The notes under the pieces are model-generated. The model saw only the letters and a list, made by a program, of their open reading frames with translations, was not told the origin of the DNA and did not search any database. The position numbers and the translations under genes are program-made. This document shows positions 1-10,186 of a stretch of DNA of 64,000 bases, in pieces; position 1 is the first letter of the stretch, and the number at the start of each line of letters is the position of its first letter. The stretch is from positions 264,752-328,751 of the forward strand of contig CAVWLW010000027.1 in NCBI GenBank assembly GCA_963755715.1, in the 5' to 3' direction. The DNA is from an uncultured delta proteobacterium. GTDB lineage: Bacteria; Desulfobacterota; Binatia; UBA9968.

Positions 1-332
1 CTGTCGACGTGACCGAGAAAGAAGTAACCGACGCCGACGACGATCGCGCCGATCGCCATCAGCCAGCGGCCGCCGTAGCGATCCACCAGCGTGCCGACGA
101 ACGGCGCGAGACAAGCGCCGATGATTCCCTCTCCGGAGCGGAGCAGTGAAAACACGCCGCGCGAAATACCTAATTCGGTTGTTAGCGGTTTAAGAAAGAT
201 GCTCAGCGTACTGGCGAGCGCGAACGATGAAGCGACGTTGGCGAGAAAGCCGACGCCAACGATGTACCAGCCGTAAAACAAACCCTGTCGCTTGATGCCG
301 TGCGCAACGCTGGCTGCCGTTTCCACATTCAC
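1..332 (-). CDS. MFS transporter, N-terminal part (runs off window edge)
   Basis: Manual translation: ...LFYGWYIVGVGFLANV...FLKPLTTELGISRG...PFVGTLVDRYGGRWLM, with MFS motif A (G-x3-DRxGxR). Not in the ORF track. Confidence 0.85.
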   Translation of the reverse strand, partial: MNVETAASVAHGIKRQGLFYGWYIVGVGFLANVASSFALASTLSIFLKPLTTELGISRGVFSLLRSGEGIIGACLAPFVGTLVDRYGGRWLMAIGAIVVGVGYFFLGHVD

Positions 333-383
333 GGTGTAGCAGGAATCCGGCTGGGCGCGCAATTCAACGCACGAGTCTCTGGT

Positions 384-484
384 ATTATTCCGAGGCGAAG
401 CCGAGGAATCTGAGGTCGAGACCCTTCACTCCATTAGACTATCTGAAACTCCGTTCATGGTTCGACTAAGCTCACCACGAACGG
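384..484. repeat. REP-like palindromic elements (two types, adjacent)
   Basis: ATTATTCCGAGGCGAAGCCGAGGAATCT (384-411) and CCGTTCATGGTTCGACTAAGCTCACCACGAACGG (451-484) are both self-complementary. Confidence 0.55.
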
Positions 485-754
485 AAGAGAGTCGAGAGTC
501 GCCAGTTAGCCGTCAGAACAATCTGTTCGTTTAGTCCCTGAAGATCGACAGCCGGTGTTCGCTCGAGCGCCATGTCCTTGACGCGCCAGGCGAGTTTTTG
601 CCGGTGCATTGAACAAGCGGTGAAGAGAAGCATGCAGATCAGACGGATGAACTTTTTCATACGCTGCGCGTCTAAGCTTTGACCGGTTCTTGACCGTCGG
701 TCATACTCGCGATGTCGCTGGATTTGCTGTAACCTTTTGACGAAAGGAATTATC

Positions 755-1468
755 ATGAAAAACTTTCTGCTTATTGGCGGGATTTTAGTTCTTTTGGCGC
801 CGTCTGCCGGAGCGCAGCAAGACAGGCCCCGGCCGCGAGTGCCGTCGATTACCGTCACGGGCGAAGCGACTATATCCGCCGAACCAAATCAAGCGCAAAT
901 CGATATCGGCGTCGTCACCCAAGCCCGCACCGCGCCCGAAGCGTCAAAAGAAAATGCCGAACGCGTGACCCGTGTGTTGGCCGAGCTTAAAAAACTTTTG
1001 GACAAAGCCGACGAAATCAAGACCAGCGGTTACGCGCTCACACCCAACTACCGCTATCCGCAGGGCGGCAAGCCGGAGATCGTCGGCTACAATGCCAATA
1101 ACACGGTGCGAATCAAGACAAGCAATCTGGATCTCGTCGGCCGCCTGATCGATAGCGCCATGCAGGCCGGCGCCAATAACGTGAATCGTTTGATGTTTAC
1201 TTTGAAGGATGAACAGGGTGCTCAGCTTGAGGCGCTGCGCGCGGCGTCCGCTAAAGCAAGGACGAAAGCCGAAGCAATTGCCGCATCACTGGGGTTGAAG
1301 ATTGTGAAAATCGCATCGGTCACCGAGGGCGAGCGCGCGGTGCAGCCCGTTTTTCGCCAGGCGATGGCCGCGCGCGCTGAAGCGGCGCCCGCGCCAACGC
1401 CCGTTGAACCCGGCACCGTGGAAGTGCGCTCGACGGTTTCGATGACCGTGGAAGTGAGCGAGAAATAG
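755..1468 (+). CDS. SIMPL (DUF541) domain exported protein
   Basis: Signal peptide; SITVTGEA..EPNQAQIDIGV, GYNANNTVRI, AKAEAIAASLG and EPGTVEV motifs; AAAGGA RBS before ATG 755. Confidence 0.9.
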   Translation: MKNFLLIGGILVLLAPSAGAQQDRPRPRVPSITVTGEATISAEPNQAQIDIGVVTQARTAPEASKENAERVTRVLAELKKLLDKADEIKTSGYALTPNYRYPQGGKPEIVGYNANNTVRIKTSNLDLVGRLIDSAMQAGANNVNRLMFTLKDEQGAQLEALRAASAKARTKAEAIAASLGLKIVKIASVTEGERAVQPVFRQAMAARAEAAPAPTPVEPGTVEVRSTVSMTVEVSEK

Positions 1469-1478
1469 CGCCGTCAGA

Positions 1479-1570
1479 TTGGAGTACTGGAGTATTGGAG
1501 TGCTGGGTTTCGGACCGAATACCATATTCTTTGTCTCAGAACCCATTACTCCAACACTCCATCACTCCAA
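1479..1570. repeat. Inverted repeat of 8-bp units (TGGAGTAT-like), 31-bp arms
   Basis: Arms 1479-1509 and 1540-1570 match at 26/31 positions; located between convergent genes. Confidence 0.85.
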
Positions 1571-2440
1571 TTTTCCCGGATCCTTGTAGTAGTGTTTGTA
1601 GTACCACTCGGCGATCTCCCAACCCGTCGTGCGCCATACGCCCTCGTGCGAACACATGTAGTCGAGCGCCTTATCCAAATATTTGATGCGAAAAGGCAGG
1701 CCGATGACGAACGGATGGAGCGGCAAGCAAAGCACGCGACCGCCGGACTCGCTATCTTTGTAAAGCGTGTCGAAGTGATCGCAAACCATCCGGTAATATT
1801 GCTCCGGCGTGTGGTTTTCGCGAATGAACACGCGAATGTCGTTGACGCCCAATTCGTAGGGCACCACGACCATGCGGCCGCTTTTGACACGCATCGGCGT
1901 CGGCTGCTCGTCGTTGCCCCAATCACAGACGTATTCGAATCCTTCCGCAGCGAGATGGTCCGGGGTGTTGTAAGTCTCGCCCAGTCCCGGTCCCAACCAG
2001 CCCTTCGGCGCCTTCCCCGTGGCCTTCGCGATGATCTCCTTCACGTTGTGGATGATCGAGCGCTCTTCTTCGGGCGGGTAATCGAGCATGGAAATACTGT
2101 TGGTCATGCCGTGGCCGAGCCATTCCCACTTGCGCTTGTTGCCTTCTTCGATGATCGGCGGGTGTTTCTCGCAAACCTCGGCGTTCAATAAAACACTGGC
2201 GCGAATACCGTGCTTGTCGAGCACTTCCATGATGCGATAAACGCCCACGCGCGAGCCATAATCGCGCAGCGTGTAGCCCGGCACGTCGGGCGTGTGATTG
2301 CTGCCCGAGCCGCGGATCGGCATGTCGTAGTGAAAATATTCGATATTGGGCGCGACCCACAAAGCTATGCGGCCGTGCTCGGGCCATTCGATTTTCGGTC
2401 GGCGAATGATCGGCGAATAGTCGTAACGTCGGTTGTCCAT
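1562..2440 (-). CDS. Polysaccharide deacetylase family protein (CE4, PuuE/allantoinase-like)
   Basis: DYGSRVG, WLGHG, GWLGP and LPLHPF motifs. Confidence 0.85.
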   Translation of the reverse strand: MDNRRYDYSPIIRRPKIEWPEHGRIALWVAPNIEYFHYDMPIRGSGSNHTPDVPGYTLRDYGSRVGVYRIMEVLDKHGIRASVLLNAEVCEKHPPIIEEGNKRKWEWLGHGMTNSISMLDYPPEEERSIIHNVKEIIAKATGKAPKGWLGPGLGETYNTPDHLAAEGFEYVCDWGNDEQPTPMRVKSGRMVVVPYELGVNDIRVFIRENHTPEQYYRMVCDHFDTLYKDSESGGRVLCLPLHPFVIGLPFRIKYLDKALDYMCSHEGVWRTTGWEIAEWYYKHYYKDPGKLE

Positions 2441-2744
2441 GAGTTGACTACACTCCTGCGTGTGAAATTTATGCGGCTCATTACCGCCGCAAAATTAACC
2501 TATGCCACTTGACAAACGGGCGTCAACCCGCAGTGGAGACTTTTCCCCCTCGAATTTTTCCGCTTGACGGCGCTTCTCTATTCATCCTAGCTTAGCCCCG
2601 GATCAAGGGTCCTGAGGAGGCTGGGGTGCCTGATCTAGTCGTTGTTGTTTACGCGTTCTCTCCGGTTCAGGTGGCCCAGTTGGATTTTGATCGGAATCAA
2701 GCGGGTCGGGAACAGAGTCTCAGATAACCGAAAGGAGAATTGAA

Positions 2745-4370
2745 ATGGCCACAGCGGAGGGAGTTTTACACGCGGGAGACAGCGAAAGGATTATTTCAAA
2801 ATCCGACGAGCGCCGAGTCATCGTCGCCTCTTCGGTGGGAACCGTTTTTGAATGGTACGATTTCTATCTGTACGCGATTTTGGCTCCATTCTTTGCAGGG
2901 TTGTTCTTTCCACCCGGAAACCAGACGGCTGCATTATTGGGGGCCTTCGGCGCCTACGCGGCCGGATTTCTGATTCGGCCCTTCGGCGCCTTGATCTTCG
3001 GACGCATCGGCGACTTGGTCGGTCGAAAATACACTTTTTTGGTAACGATCGTCGTGATGGGCGTCTCCACCGTCTTGGTCGGCTTCATGCCGACGTACGC
3101 CTCCATGGGTTTTGCCGCGCCGCTGATCCTCGTCACCCTGCGGCTCGCCCAGGGGCTGGCCCTCGGCGGAGAATACGGCGGAGCAGCGACTTACGTCGCG
3201 GAACACGCGCCGGATCATAAGCGCGGCTACGCCACCAGCTGGATCCAAACTACCGCGACTCTCGGCATGCTCATGGCGCTGCTCATCATCGGTCTGTGTC
3301 GCTACTACATGGAAGCTAAATCTTTCACCGAATGGGGTTGGCGAATTCCCTTTTGGTTCTCGATCCCGCTGTTGCTCATTTCCATCTATATTCGTTTAAA
3401 ACTCCAGGAATCCCCGATCTTTCAGCGCATGAAGTCGCAAGGCAAGCGTTCCAAGCAGCCGTTGATCGACAGCTTCTTCAGATATCCGAACAATAAGTAC
3501 GTGGCTCTCGCACTGCTCGGCGCGACAGCCGGCCAGGGAGTGGTCTGGTACACCGGCCAGTTCTACGCGCTCTTTTTTATCCTGATCTATCTCAAGCTCG
3601 ACTTCATTCCGACCTACACTCTCGTCGGCCTTTCACTCCTTATTGGCACGCCGTTTTTTTTGGTTTTCGGCGCGCTCTCGGACAAGATCGGCCGCAAAAA
3701 AATTATTTTGGCGGGCTGTCTGATTGCGGCGGTGACTTACGTCCCGCTTTTTCATGGCCTGACACACTACATAAATCCCGACCTCGAAGCCTACCAGGAG
3801 CGGACACCGATCACCGTTACCGCTACGGATTGCAACTTCCATATATTCATCGGCCCATGGTCGCGCCAGAGCGCTTGCGATAAAACCAAGGATTTTCTCG
3901 GCAAGGCCGGGCTCTCGTTTACATCGCTCCCTGCCGTAACCACCGACGACGTCGTCACCAAGATCGGCGACATCGAGATCAAAGGTTGGGATGAAACCAA
4001 GTTTAAGGATGTGCTCAAAGCAAGCGGTTATCCCGCGAAAGCCGACATGGCGAAAGTAAATTGGTTCATGGCCGAGCTTATCCTGGTGATCATGGTGATC
4101 TACGTTACGATGGTCTACGGACCGATCGCGGCATTTTTAGTCGAGCTGTTTCCCGCCAGGATTCGTTACACGTCGATGTCGCTGCCCTATCACATCGGCA
4201 ACGGTTGGTTTGGCGGCATGCTCCCGCTCCTCGCCACCTCAATGGTGGCCAAAGCCGGCAACATCTACTATGGCCTATGGTATCCGATCATTGTCGCCCT
4301 GATTACCTTCGTCATCGGTTTATTTTTCTTGAAGGAGACAAAGGACGTGAAGATCCACGAAGAGCACTGA
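2745..4370 (+). CDS. MFS metabolite:H+ symporter (MHS family)
   Basis: GTVFEWYDF, RPFGALIFGRIGDLVGRK, GGEYGGA and ELFPARIRYTS motifs; AAGGAG RBS. Confidence 0.95.
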   Translation: MATAEGVLHAGDSERIISKSDERRVIVASSVGTVFEWYDFYLYAILAPFFAGLFFPPGNQTAALLGAFGAYAAGFLIRPFGALIFGRIGDLVGRKYTFLVTIVVMGVSTVLVGFMPTYASMGFAAPLILVTLRLAQGLALGGEYGGAATYVAEHAPDHKRGYATSWIQTTATLGMLMALLIIGLCRYYMEAKSFTEWGWRIPFWFSIPLLLISIYIRLKLQESPIFQRMKSQGKRSKQPLIDSFFRYPNNKYVALALLGATAGQGVVWYTGQFYALFFILIYLKLDFIPTYTLVGLSLLIGTPFFLVFGALSDKIGRKKIILAGCLIAAVTYVPLFHGLTHYINPDLEAYQERTPITVTATDCNFHIFIGPWSRQSACDKTKDFLGKAGLSFTSLPAVTTDDVVTKIGDIEIKGWDETKFKDVLKASGYPAKADMAKVNWFMAELILVIMVIYVTMVYGPIAAFLVELFPARIRYTSMSLPYHIGNGWFGGMLPLLATSMVAKAGNIYYGLWYPIIVALITFVIGLFFLKETKDVKIHEEH

Positions 4371-4430
4371 TCGCAGGAGAAGGTAAGGTGAACGGCAACG
4401 GTGTCCCGTGCCGTTGGTGATCTAACTAAA

Positions 4431-4461
4431 AAAGGGGACGGAAGAATATTCCGTCCCCTTT
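4431..4461. terminator. Intrinsic terminator-like hairpin
   Basis: AAAGGGGACGGAA-GAATA-TTCCGTCCCCTTT, a perfect 13-bp stem with A/T flanks downstream of the MFS gene. Confidence 0.7.
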
Positions 4462-4602
4462 CTTCGAACCGCCGTTGTCTGCTAGAGAAATTTCCCCCAC
4501 AAGATAACTTTGAAATTATCGCCACGTGATCCGAAGATAATAATGTTGACTCACCTCACTTTATGAGGCTATAGGTACGCCAACGTCTCCGGGTCAGCTA
4601 GT

Positions 4603-5595
4603 ATGACGATGGAAGGAAAAACGTTGCTCCTGCCGTTCATTACGGCGGTTCTTTTTAGCGGCTCATGGTTCGCGCCCGCGTGGGCTCAGAATTATCGGCC
4701 GAGCCGTCCCGTCGAGCTGGTCGTTCATAGCGCCCTTGGTGGCGGCTCGGATGTCTTTGCCCGCGAAGTCGTCGCGATGGCGGAGCGGGAAAAACTCCTC
4801 ACGCAGCCCATCCGAATTGTCAACAAGACCGCAGGCGCCGGTTTGGAGGCTATCGCCTATCTCGCTGACAAAAAGGGCGACGATCATACAATCGCGATAT
4901 TCACCAACACCTGGATCGCCACTCCGCTCACCAATAAAGAGGCCAAATACACCGTCACGGATTTGACTGCGATTGTTCGTCTGGTCCTCGAACCGACGAT
5001 CGTCGTGGTCAGAGCGGACTCTCCTTATAAGAACATGAACGATTTTGTCGCTGCGGCGAAGCAAAATCCGCTCGGTCTGAAACAGGCTGGCGGCTCAGTC
5101 ACTGCGATCGAAAGCCTGAGCGGTCTATTGATCCAAAAAGCTACCGGAGTCCAATGGACGTTCATTCCGACGCCGGCGATCAAGGACAGGATCGCCAATC
5201 TGCTGGCGGGCAACGTCGACGTCATTATCCCTCAGCCGCAAGATGTCAACGAACATATCACCGCCGGAAGAATGCGGCCTATCGCTGCTCTCACAGAGAA
5301 GCGCCTCGCCGTATTGCCGGACGTGGCAACGATCAAGGAGCAGGGGATCAACGTTCCCATCATCGCCAACGCCCGGGGTCTCCTCGGACCGCCGGCGATG
5401 CCGAGAGAAATCGTCGAATACTGGGAAGACTTTTTCTCCCGCTTGGTGCAGACGGCGAGCTGGAAAAAGTATGTGGAAGAAAACCAGGTTCAAGACGTGT
5501 TTTTGAAGAGCCGCGAGGTGGCGCCGTTTCTCGAGGAACAAAACCAATTGATGCGATCGGTCCTGCAAGCAGCGGGCGTGAAAGTCGCGCGCTAG
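4603..5595 (+). CDS. Tripartite tricarboxylate transporter substrate-binding protein (TctC/Bug family)
   Basis: Signal peptide; YRPSRPVELVV..GGGSD and NKTAGAG motifs; LPDVATIKEQG. Confidence 0.9.
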   Translation: MTMEGKTLLLPFITAVLFSGSWFAPAWAQNYRPSRPVELVVHSALGGGSDVFAREVVAMAEREKLLTQPIRIVNKTAGAGLEAIAYLADKKGDDHTIAIFTNTWIATPLTNKEAKYTVTDLTAIVRLVLEPTIVVVRADSPYKNMNDFVAAAKQNPLGLKQAGGSVTAIESLSGLLIQKATGVQWTFIPTPAIKDRIANLLAGNVDVIIPQPQDVNEHITAGRMRPIAALTEKRLAVLPDVATIKEQGINVPIIANARGLLGPPAMPREIVEYWEDFFSRLVQTASWKKYVEENQVQDVFLKSREVAPFLEEQNQLMRSVLQAAGVKVAR

Positions 5596-5815
5596 TCGGG
5601 AGAAGCTGAAGGCAGGCAGCGCCGGAGTTCTCCCCCGTCCCTTGTTTACGTATCAACCCGTCAACTACAGGAACTTTCCCACAAGAAATTGGCTGATCTC
5701 CTCCGAGCCGCGCAACGGCTTGCCGTCGACGACCAAGACGCTGGGCGGCAATTCGAACGCACAGCCTGGTTCGGACTGCGGTTCGAATCGCCGGTTTTAA
5801 GCGAGTCGGGTTCGA

Positions 5816-6319
5816 TTATTTGGCGGCGGCGAGAGCGGCATCGTAATTCGGGTGCTCGCCGATGCTGCCGACGTATTCGACGTGTTTGAGCTTGTTGTCC
5901 GGGCCGATGACGAAAACTGCGCGAGCCAGGACGCGATCGAGCGGGCCGCCGGATATCAACAAGCCGTAGTTTTTTCCGAACGAGGCTTCGCGGTGATCGC
6001 TCGCCGTGACGACTTTGTCCGCGTTCGCGGCGCCGCACCAGCGCTTTTGCGCAAACGGCAGGTCCATGCTGACGACAACGACTTCGACATTGCCGAGCTT
6101 GCTCGCCTCCTCATTGAACCTCTTAGCTTCTAAATCGCACACCGGCGTGTCGAGAGACGGCACGGTCGCGATGATGCGCGTTTTGCCCGCGCCGCTCGCC
6201 AAAGTGTAATCGCTCATATCCGCGCTTTTTTGCACTTTGAAGTCCGGCGCGCTCTGGCCGGCTTTCACTTCGTTGCCCAACAGTGTCAAGGTCGTGTCTT
6301 TGAATTTTACCGTCGCCAT
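5816..6319 (-). CDS. tpx: Thiol peroxidase (atypical 2-Cys peroxiredoxin)
   Basis: PSLDTPVC, SMDLPFAQKRWCGA and HPNYDAAL motifs; GGAGG RBS. Confidence 0.95.
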   Translation of the reverse strand: MATVKFKDTTLTLLGNEVKAGQSAPDFKVQKSADMSDYTLASGAGKTRIIATVPSLDTPVCDLEAKRFNEEASKLGNVEVVVVSMDLPFAQKRWCGAANADKVVTASDHREASFGKNYGLLISGGPLDRVLARAVFVIGPDNKLKHVEYVGSIGEHPNYDAALAAAK

Positions 6320-6429
6320 AACGTTTCCTCCTGTTTTGGATTTGTAGTGCAGCTTCGAACCGTTTTAACACTTTGTCTGGAACGATCAAGCGCACAAAAT
6401 TACCACGCGAATCTGGGCCGGTGGATCGC

Positions 6430-7141
6430 TCACGGCAAGTTGAATTCGCGGCAAAGACGCTCCCACGAACCGTGCCGCGCCAACTCGTGCAACACAGTGG
6501 TCGTTGGCGGCAAGATCGGAAAATCGGTTCGGTGCATGCGCGCCAGAGCCTCCTCAGGTTTGAGCCAAAGACTATGAGTGACTTCTTCGGAACGAGTCAA
6601 CGGGACCTGATGGGGCGGCAGCTCGGCGATGTAAAAGCGCGTGTCGAAACGCATCGAATAAATCTCCGGCGTCACCCAGTGATCGAAATAAACCCCGCGA
6701 GATAAATCGCAAAAGAGGTTTTCCGATCTGAAGAAACGCGCCGAAGTCGAGCTGCTTCCGCACGATCGCTTGACGCTGACGTTCAAATCGGTCGCTTGCT
6801 TCGTGATTGCTGAAATCGATCAGAGCGCCGGTGTCATCGACACAAAGCAGGACACCGACTTCTTCGAAGAGTTCCCGAACCACGGCCACCCAGTGGCCGA
6901 GTGCTTGCTCCGGCTCGTGCTGGCTGTCGAGAATTCTTCGTGCCTCCTCGCCGGAAAGCCCGCGGCACCTCGCTAGCACCAGAGGCGAATAGTCGTCTCG
7001 ATGAACCGTGCCGCCGGGGAAAACGTAGTAGCCGCCGAGAAAGCGCATCTCCGCCGGCCGGCGGGTCAACAGAATTTCAAAACTCCCGTCACCGCCGGGC
7101 CGAACCAGCACCACGGTGGAAGCGTCGCGAGGGTAAACCAT
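6430..7141 (-). CDS. NUDIX hydrolase (one frameshift near 6730)
   Basis: RDASTVVL, VFPGG and RELFEEVG in ORF 6572-7141; HWVTP..RFDTRFY and ILPPT continue in ORF 6430-6786. Confidence 0.85.
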
Positions 7142-7149
7142 GAATAATT

Positions 7150-7312
7150 AATATCGAAATCCGAAGCACGAAATCCGAAACAAACAGGGGCCTAAATAAC
7201 CATCAATTGCTAGGAAATTCCAAACCAGCAATCCGAAGCATCTTGTTTTGAGCATCGCGTTTTTCGGTCATTTGGATTTGTTTCGAATTTCGGATTTCGT
7301 GCTTCGAATTTC
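7150..7312. repeat. Inverted repeat of 7-bp units (CGAAATC/CGAAGCA), MITE-like
   Basis: Arm 7150-7184 contains CGAAATCCGAAGCACGAAATCCGAAACAAA; arm 7277-7312 is TTTGTTTCGAATTTCGGATTTCGTGCTTCGAATTTC. Confidence 0.85.
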
Positions 7313-7373
7313 ATCCTTTTCACTTGCGTCTTTGCGTCTTTACGTCGAAAGCTTCGACTACTTACTGTTCCCC

Positions 7374-8421
7374 TCACTTCTTGCCGATTTCCTTGAGCAG
7401 CTTTTCCCATTTCTCGTTTTCTTTTTCATACTTCTCCACGGTCATGCCCGCCTCGGCATAGAAGCGCTTGAAGTCGGGCTTGTTCATGGCGCTATCGAGA
7501 CCGTACTTGCCGAGAAACTTCTGGCCGTCGGCGCTGAGCAGAAAATCTCCAAACAGCAAAGCCGCGTAGGGATGCGGCGCGTTGGCCGGCAAGGCCACGC
7601 CGCCCGCGTTGGTCGGCACCAGGTCCATCGCCACCCACTTGATCGGCGCGCCTTTAGAAATGGAAACTCGCGAGTGGCTGAGAAAAACCGTCGGCGAAAC
7701 GACCGAGCTCGCCCGATATCACCATATCGAGAATCGCTCGGCCCGAGACCGAATGCAGGCTGATCTGTTGCGCCTTCAACTTTTGCACATATTCCGCCCC
7801 TTTGGTGGCGAGCATCGCCGCGATCACGCGGTTGCCGGTGTCGCTCGTAGCAAAACCGATTTTGTCCTTTAGCTCGGGCTTGAGCAGATCGGCAAAATTT
7901 TTCGGCACCGCGTTTCCCTGCACGGAGTTGGTATTGTACGCCAGCCCGATATAGGACTCCCGGTCGGTCGCCCAGAAGACCAGACCTTTGCCGGCTTTTT
8001 CTTTCACGTCATCCGGATACGCAGCCAAATGCGCCGAGAAGTACGGCGCCAGCAGCTTGTATTCCTGCATCACTTTGAGAATTGGAAAAGTCGTCTCAAC
8101 CGAATCGACGATATGGCGCTTCGCCTGCGCCTCTTGAACGATCCGCGAGATCAGCGCATCGCTGTCGCCGCGGTAAACTTCTACCTGCACTCCGGGATAT
8201 TTGCTCTCAAAAACTTTGGGCACGTCCGTATTGGGTCCGCCCGTGAGCGAGGTGTACCACATCAACTTGCCTTCTTTTTTCGCGCCGTCGTAAAGAATTT
8301 TCTCGCGATCGGGTTTGTTGTACGCCGCCAGCTCGGCGATCGACATCGGCTTTGCCGTCTGCGCCAGACCGGAGGACGAGCCCATCAGAAGCGCGAACAT
8401 TAGAATTACGAAACCTTTCAT
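7374..8421 (-). CDS. ABC transporter substrate-binding protein (Fe/thiamine/polyamine-like), frameshift near 7700
   Basis: Signal peptide; GAKKEGKLMWYTS and LAYNTN motifs; C-terminal APHPYAALLFGDFLLS in a second frame. Confidence 0.85.
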
Positions 8422-8554
8422 CTTGTGTCTCCTGTTCGAATCAGTGCAATTTCATTTATCATCAACGCGGGAATCGTCACAATGAGTCCGCGACTCAATC
8501 AACACGGCAAGAAATCGGCCGTCGCCGCGATTAGCGAAACTATCTAAACAAAAA

Positions 8555-9697
8555 TTAGGGGAGAAAATCGAATGTACAGTTTAGTCTTTGAAGACGCAGA
8601 ATGTTGTAGGCAGGAACCGGGCGGTGAAATCCTTTGAGCGTTAACTCTCCCATGGATTCCGCCTCGACCATAGATTCGATGCTGCCGAGCAGGCGCTGGG
8701 AAACTAAAATTTCTCCCGGCTTCGCCTCACCACACAGGCGCGCCGACAGGTTGGGCACGCTGCCGATGGCGCCGTACTCCCAACGCCCTTCAAAGCCGAT
8801 GGCGCCGATCGTCGCATAGCCTTGCGCGATGCCGACACCGAAATCGAGATCGTGGCCGAGCTTGCGCCACTTGATTGTTAATTCCTTGACGCGCTCGCGC
8901 ATCGCCAGCGCCATGCGTGCGGCCTGTTCGGCGGCGTTCTCGACCGGCACGGGATCGTTGAAAAAAATCATCATGCCGTCGCCGGCGAAGTGTTCCAGAG
9001 TTCCCTCATATTCGAGAATCAATTTGCCCATGGCGGCGTGATACTCGTGTAAAATGTCCATGACCTCTTCGGGTTCGGCGGTTTCAGCGAACGCGGTGAA
9101 GCCGCGGAGATCCAGATAGACAACCGTTAATTCGCATCGGTGAGTTTTGAGAGGATCGTCAGTCTCGCCGTTGACGATCAATTCTGCGAGCTGTGGGGAG
9201 AAGAAGCGTTTGAGGCGACCGAGGCGTTCGAGCTGGCCAACTTGCTCCTGGACGCGCTGCGCCAAATTTTTATTCCAGTCCGCGAGCTCAACAGCTTGAG
9301 CTTCGACCTGATCGTGGAGCTGCTTGATCCGAAGCAGCGAGCGAACGCGAGCAAGAAGCTCGGCTTGATTGATCGGCTTGGCGAGAAAGTCGTCCGCACC
9401 GGCTTCTATACCCTTGATCCGTTCTTCCGCCGGATCAAGCGCCGTCACCATCACCACCGGGAGAATCCTGGTCGCTGCGTTCTCACGAATCTTGCGGCAA
9501 ACCTCATAACCGCTCATCTCCGGCATGACAACGTCCAACAATACGAGATCCGGCCGTTCCGCTTCCAATTGAGCCAAAGCTTCTCGGCCGGACTCCGCGG
9601 TAACGACGCTGTAACCTTTTACCGCCAACAGATCGGCAAGCAGTTTAACGTTCTTGAGCGTGTCGTCGACAACGAGAATTTTAGCGGGATTATTCAC
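8555..9697 (-). CDS. Receiver domain + class III nucleotidyl (adenylate/guanylate) cyclase
   Basis: ILVVDD..LLDVVMP..KP receiver domain; cyclase motifs DLRGFT, AGDGMM, NLSARL and LKGF. Confidence 0.92.
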   Translation of the reverse strand: MNNPAKILVVDDTLKNVKLLADLLAVKGYSVVTAESGREALAQLEAERPDLVLLDVVMPEMSGYEVCRKIRENAATRILPVVMVTALDPAEERIKGIEAGADDFLAKPINQAELLARVRSLLRIKQLHDQVEAQAVELADWNKNLAQRVQEQVGQLERLGRLKRFFSPQLAELIVNGETDDPLKTHRCELTVVYLDLRGFTAFAETAEPEEVMDILHEYHAAMGKLILEYEGTLEHFAGDGMMIFFNDPVPVENAAEQAARMALAMRERVKELTIKWRKLGHDLDFGVGIAQGYATIGAIGFEGRWEYGAIGSVPNLSARLCGEAKPGEILVSQRLLGSIESMVEAESMGELTLKGFHRPVPAYNILRLQRLNCTFDFLP

Positions 9698-9713
9698 GAG
9701 CTACTCTGTCTTC

Positions 9714-9779
9714 CTTCGTGACCTTCGCGTCCTTCGTGGTTATTATCTTCTCACCACGAAGAGCACGAAGCACACGAAG
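9714..9779. repeat. Hairpin of 9-bp units (CACGAAGnn)
   Basis: CTTCGTGACCTTCGCGTCCTTCGTGGT, a 12-nt loop, then ACCACGAAGAGCACGAAGCACACGAAG. Confidence 0.85.
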
Positions 9780-9804
9780 TTCGGTCTTTTCGTAAAGACC
9801 TTCC

Positions 9805-10177
9805 TCATGCATCGAGGACACGCTGCACTTCCGCGAGAAAATCTTTCAAGCTGATCGGCTTGGTCTGATAGCCGTCGAATCCTTCGGCCAACATCGATGT
9901 CCGGTTATTCGTCATCGCCGACGCCGTGATCGCGATGATCGATATGGCTCTGCGTCTTCGGGTCGGCCTTGAGTTGCTTCATGGCGGTGATGCCGTCCAT
10001 GCCGGGAAGCTGAATGTCCATGAGAATGAGAGCAGGAGCTTGATCCAGAGCGAGCTTGAGCCCTTCTTCCGCCGTCTCAGACTCGATAGTTTTGTAACCT
10101 TTGACCTGCAGCACATCGCGGCAAAGCCTGCGGTTCTTTTCGTTGTCTTCGATGATCAATATAAGTTCGTTGGCCAT
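9805..10177 (-). CDS. Single-domain response regulator (DivK-like), frameshift near 9945
   Basis: ILIIEDN..LMDIQLPGMDG; after a 1-nt shift it reads IIAITASAM..GFDGYQTKPIS..VLDA*. Confidence 0.9.
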
Positions 10178-10186
10178 AGAACCTCG

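Noticed and set aside
2520-2740. Riboswitch in the long leader of the MHS transporter
   Set aside because: No recognisable aptamer consensus.
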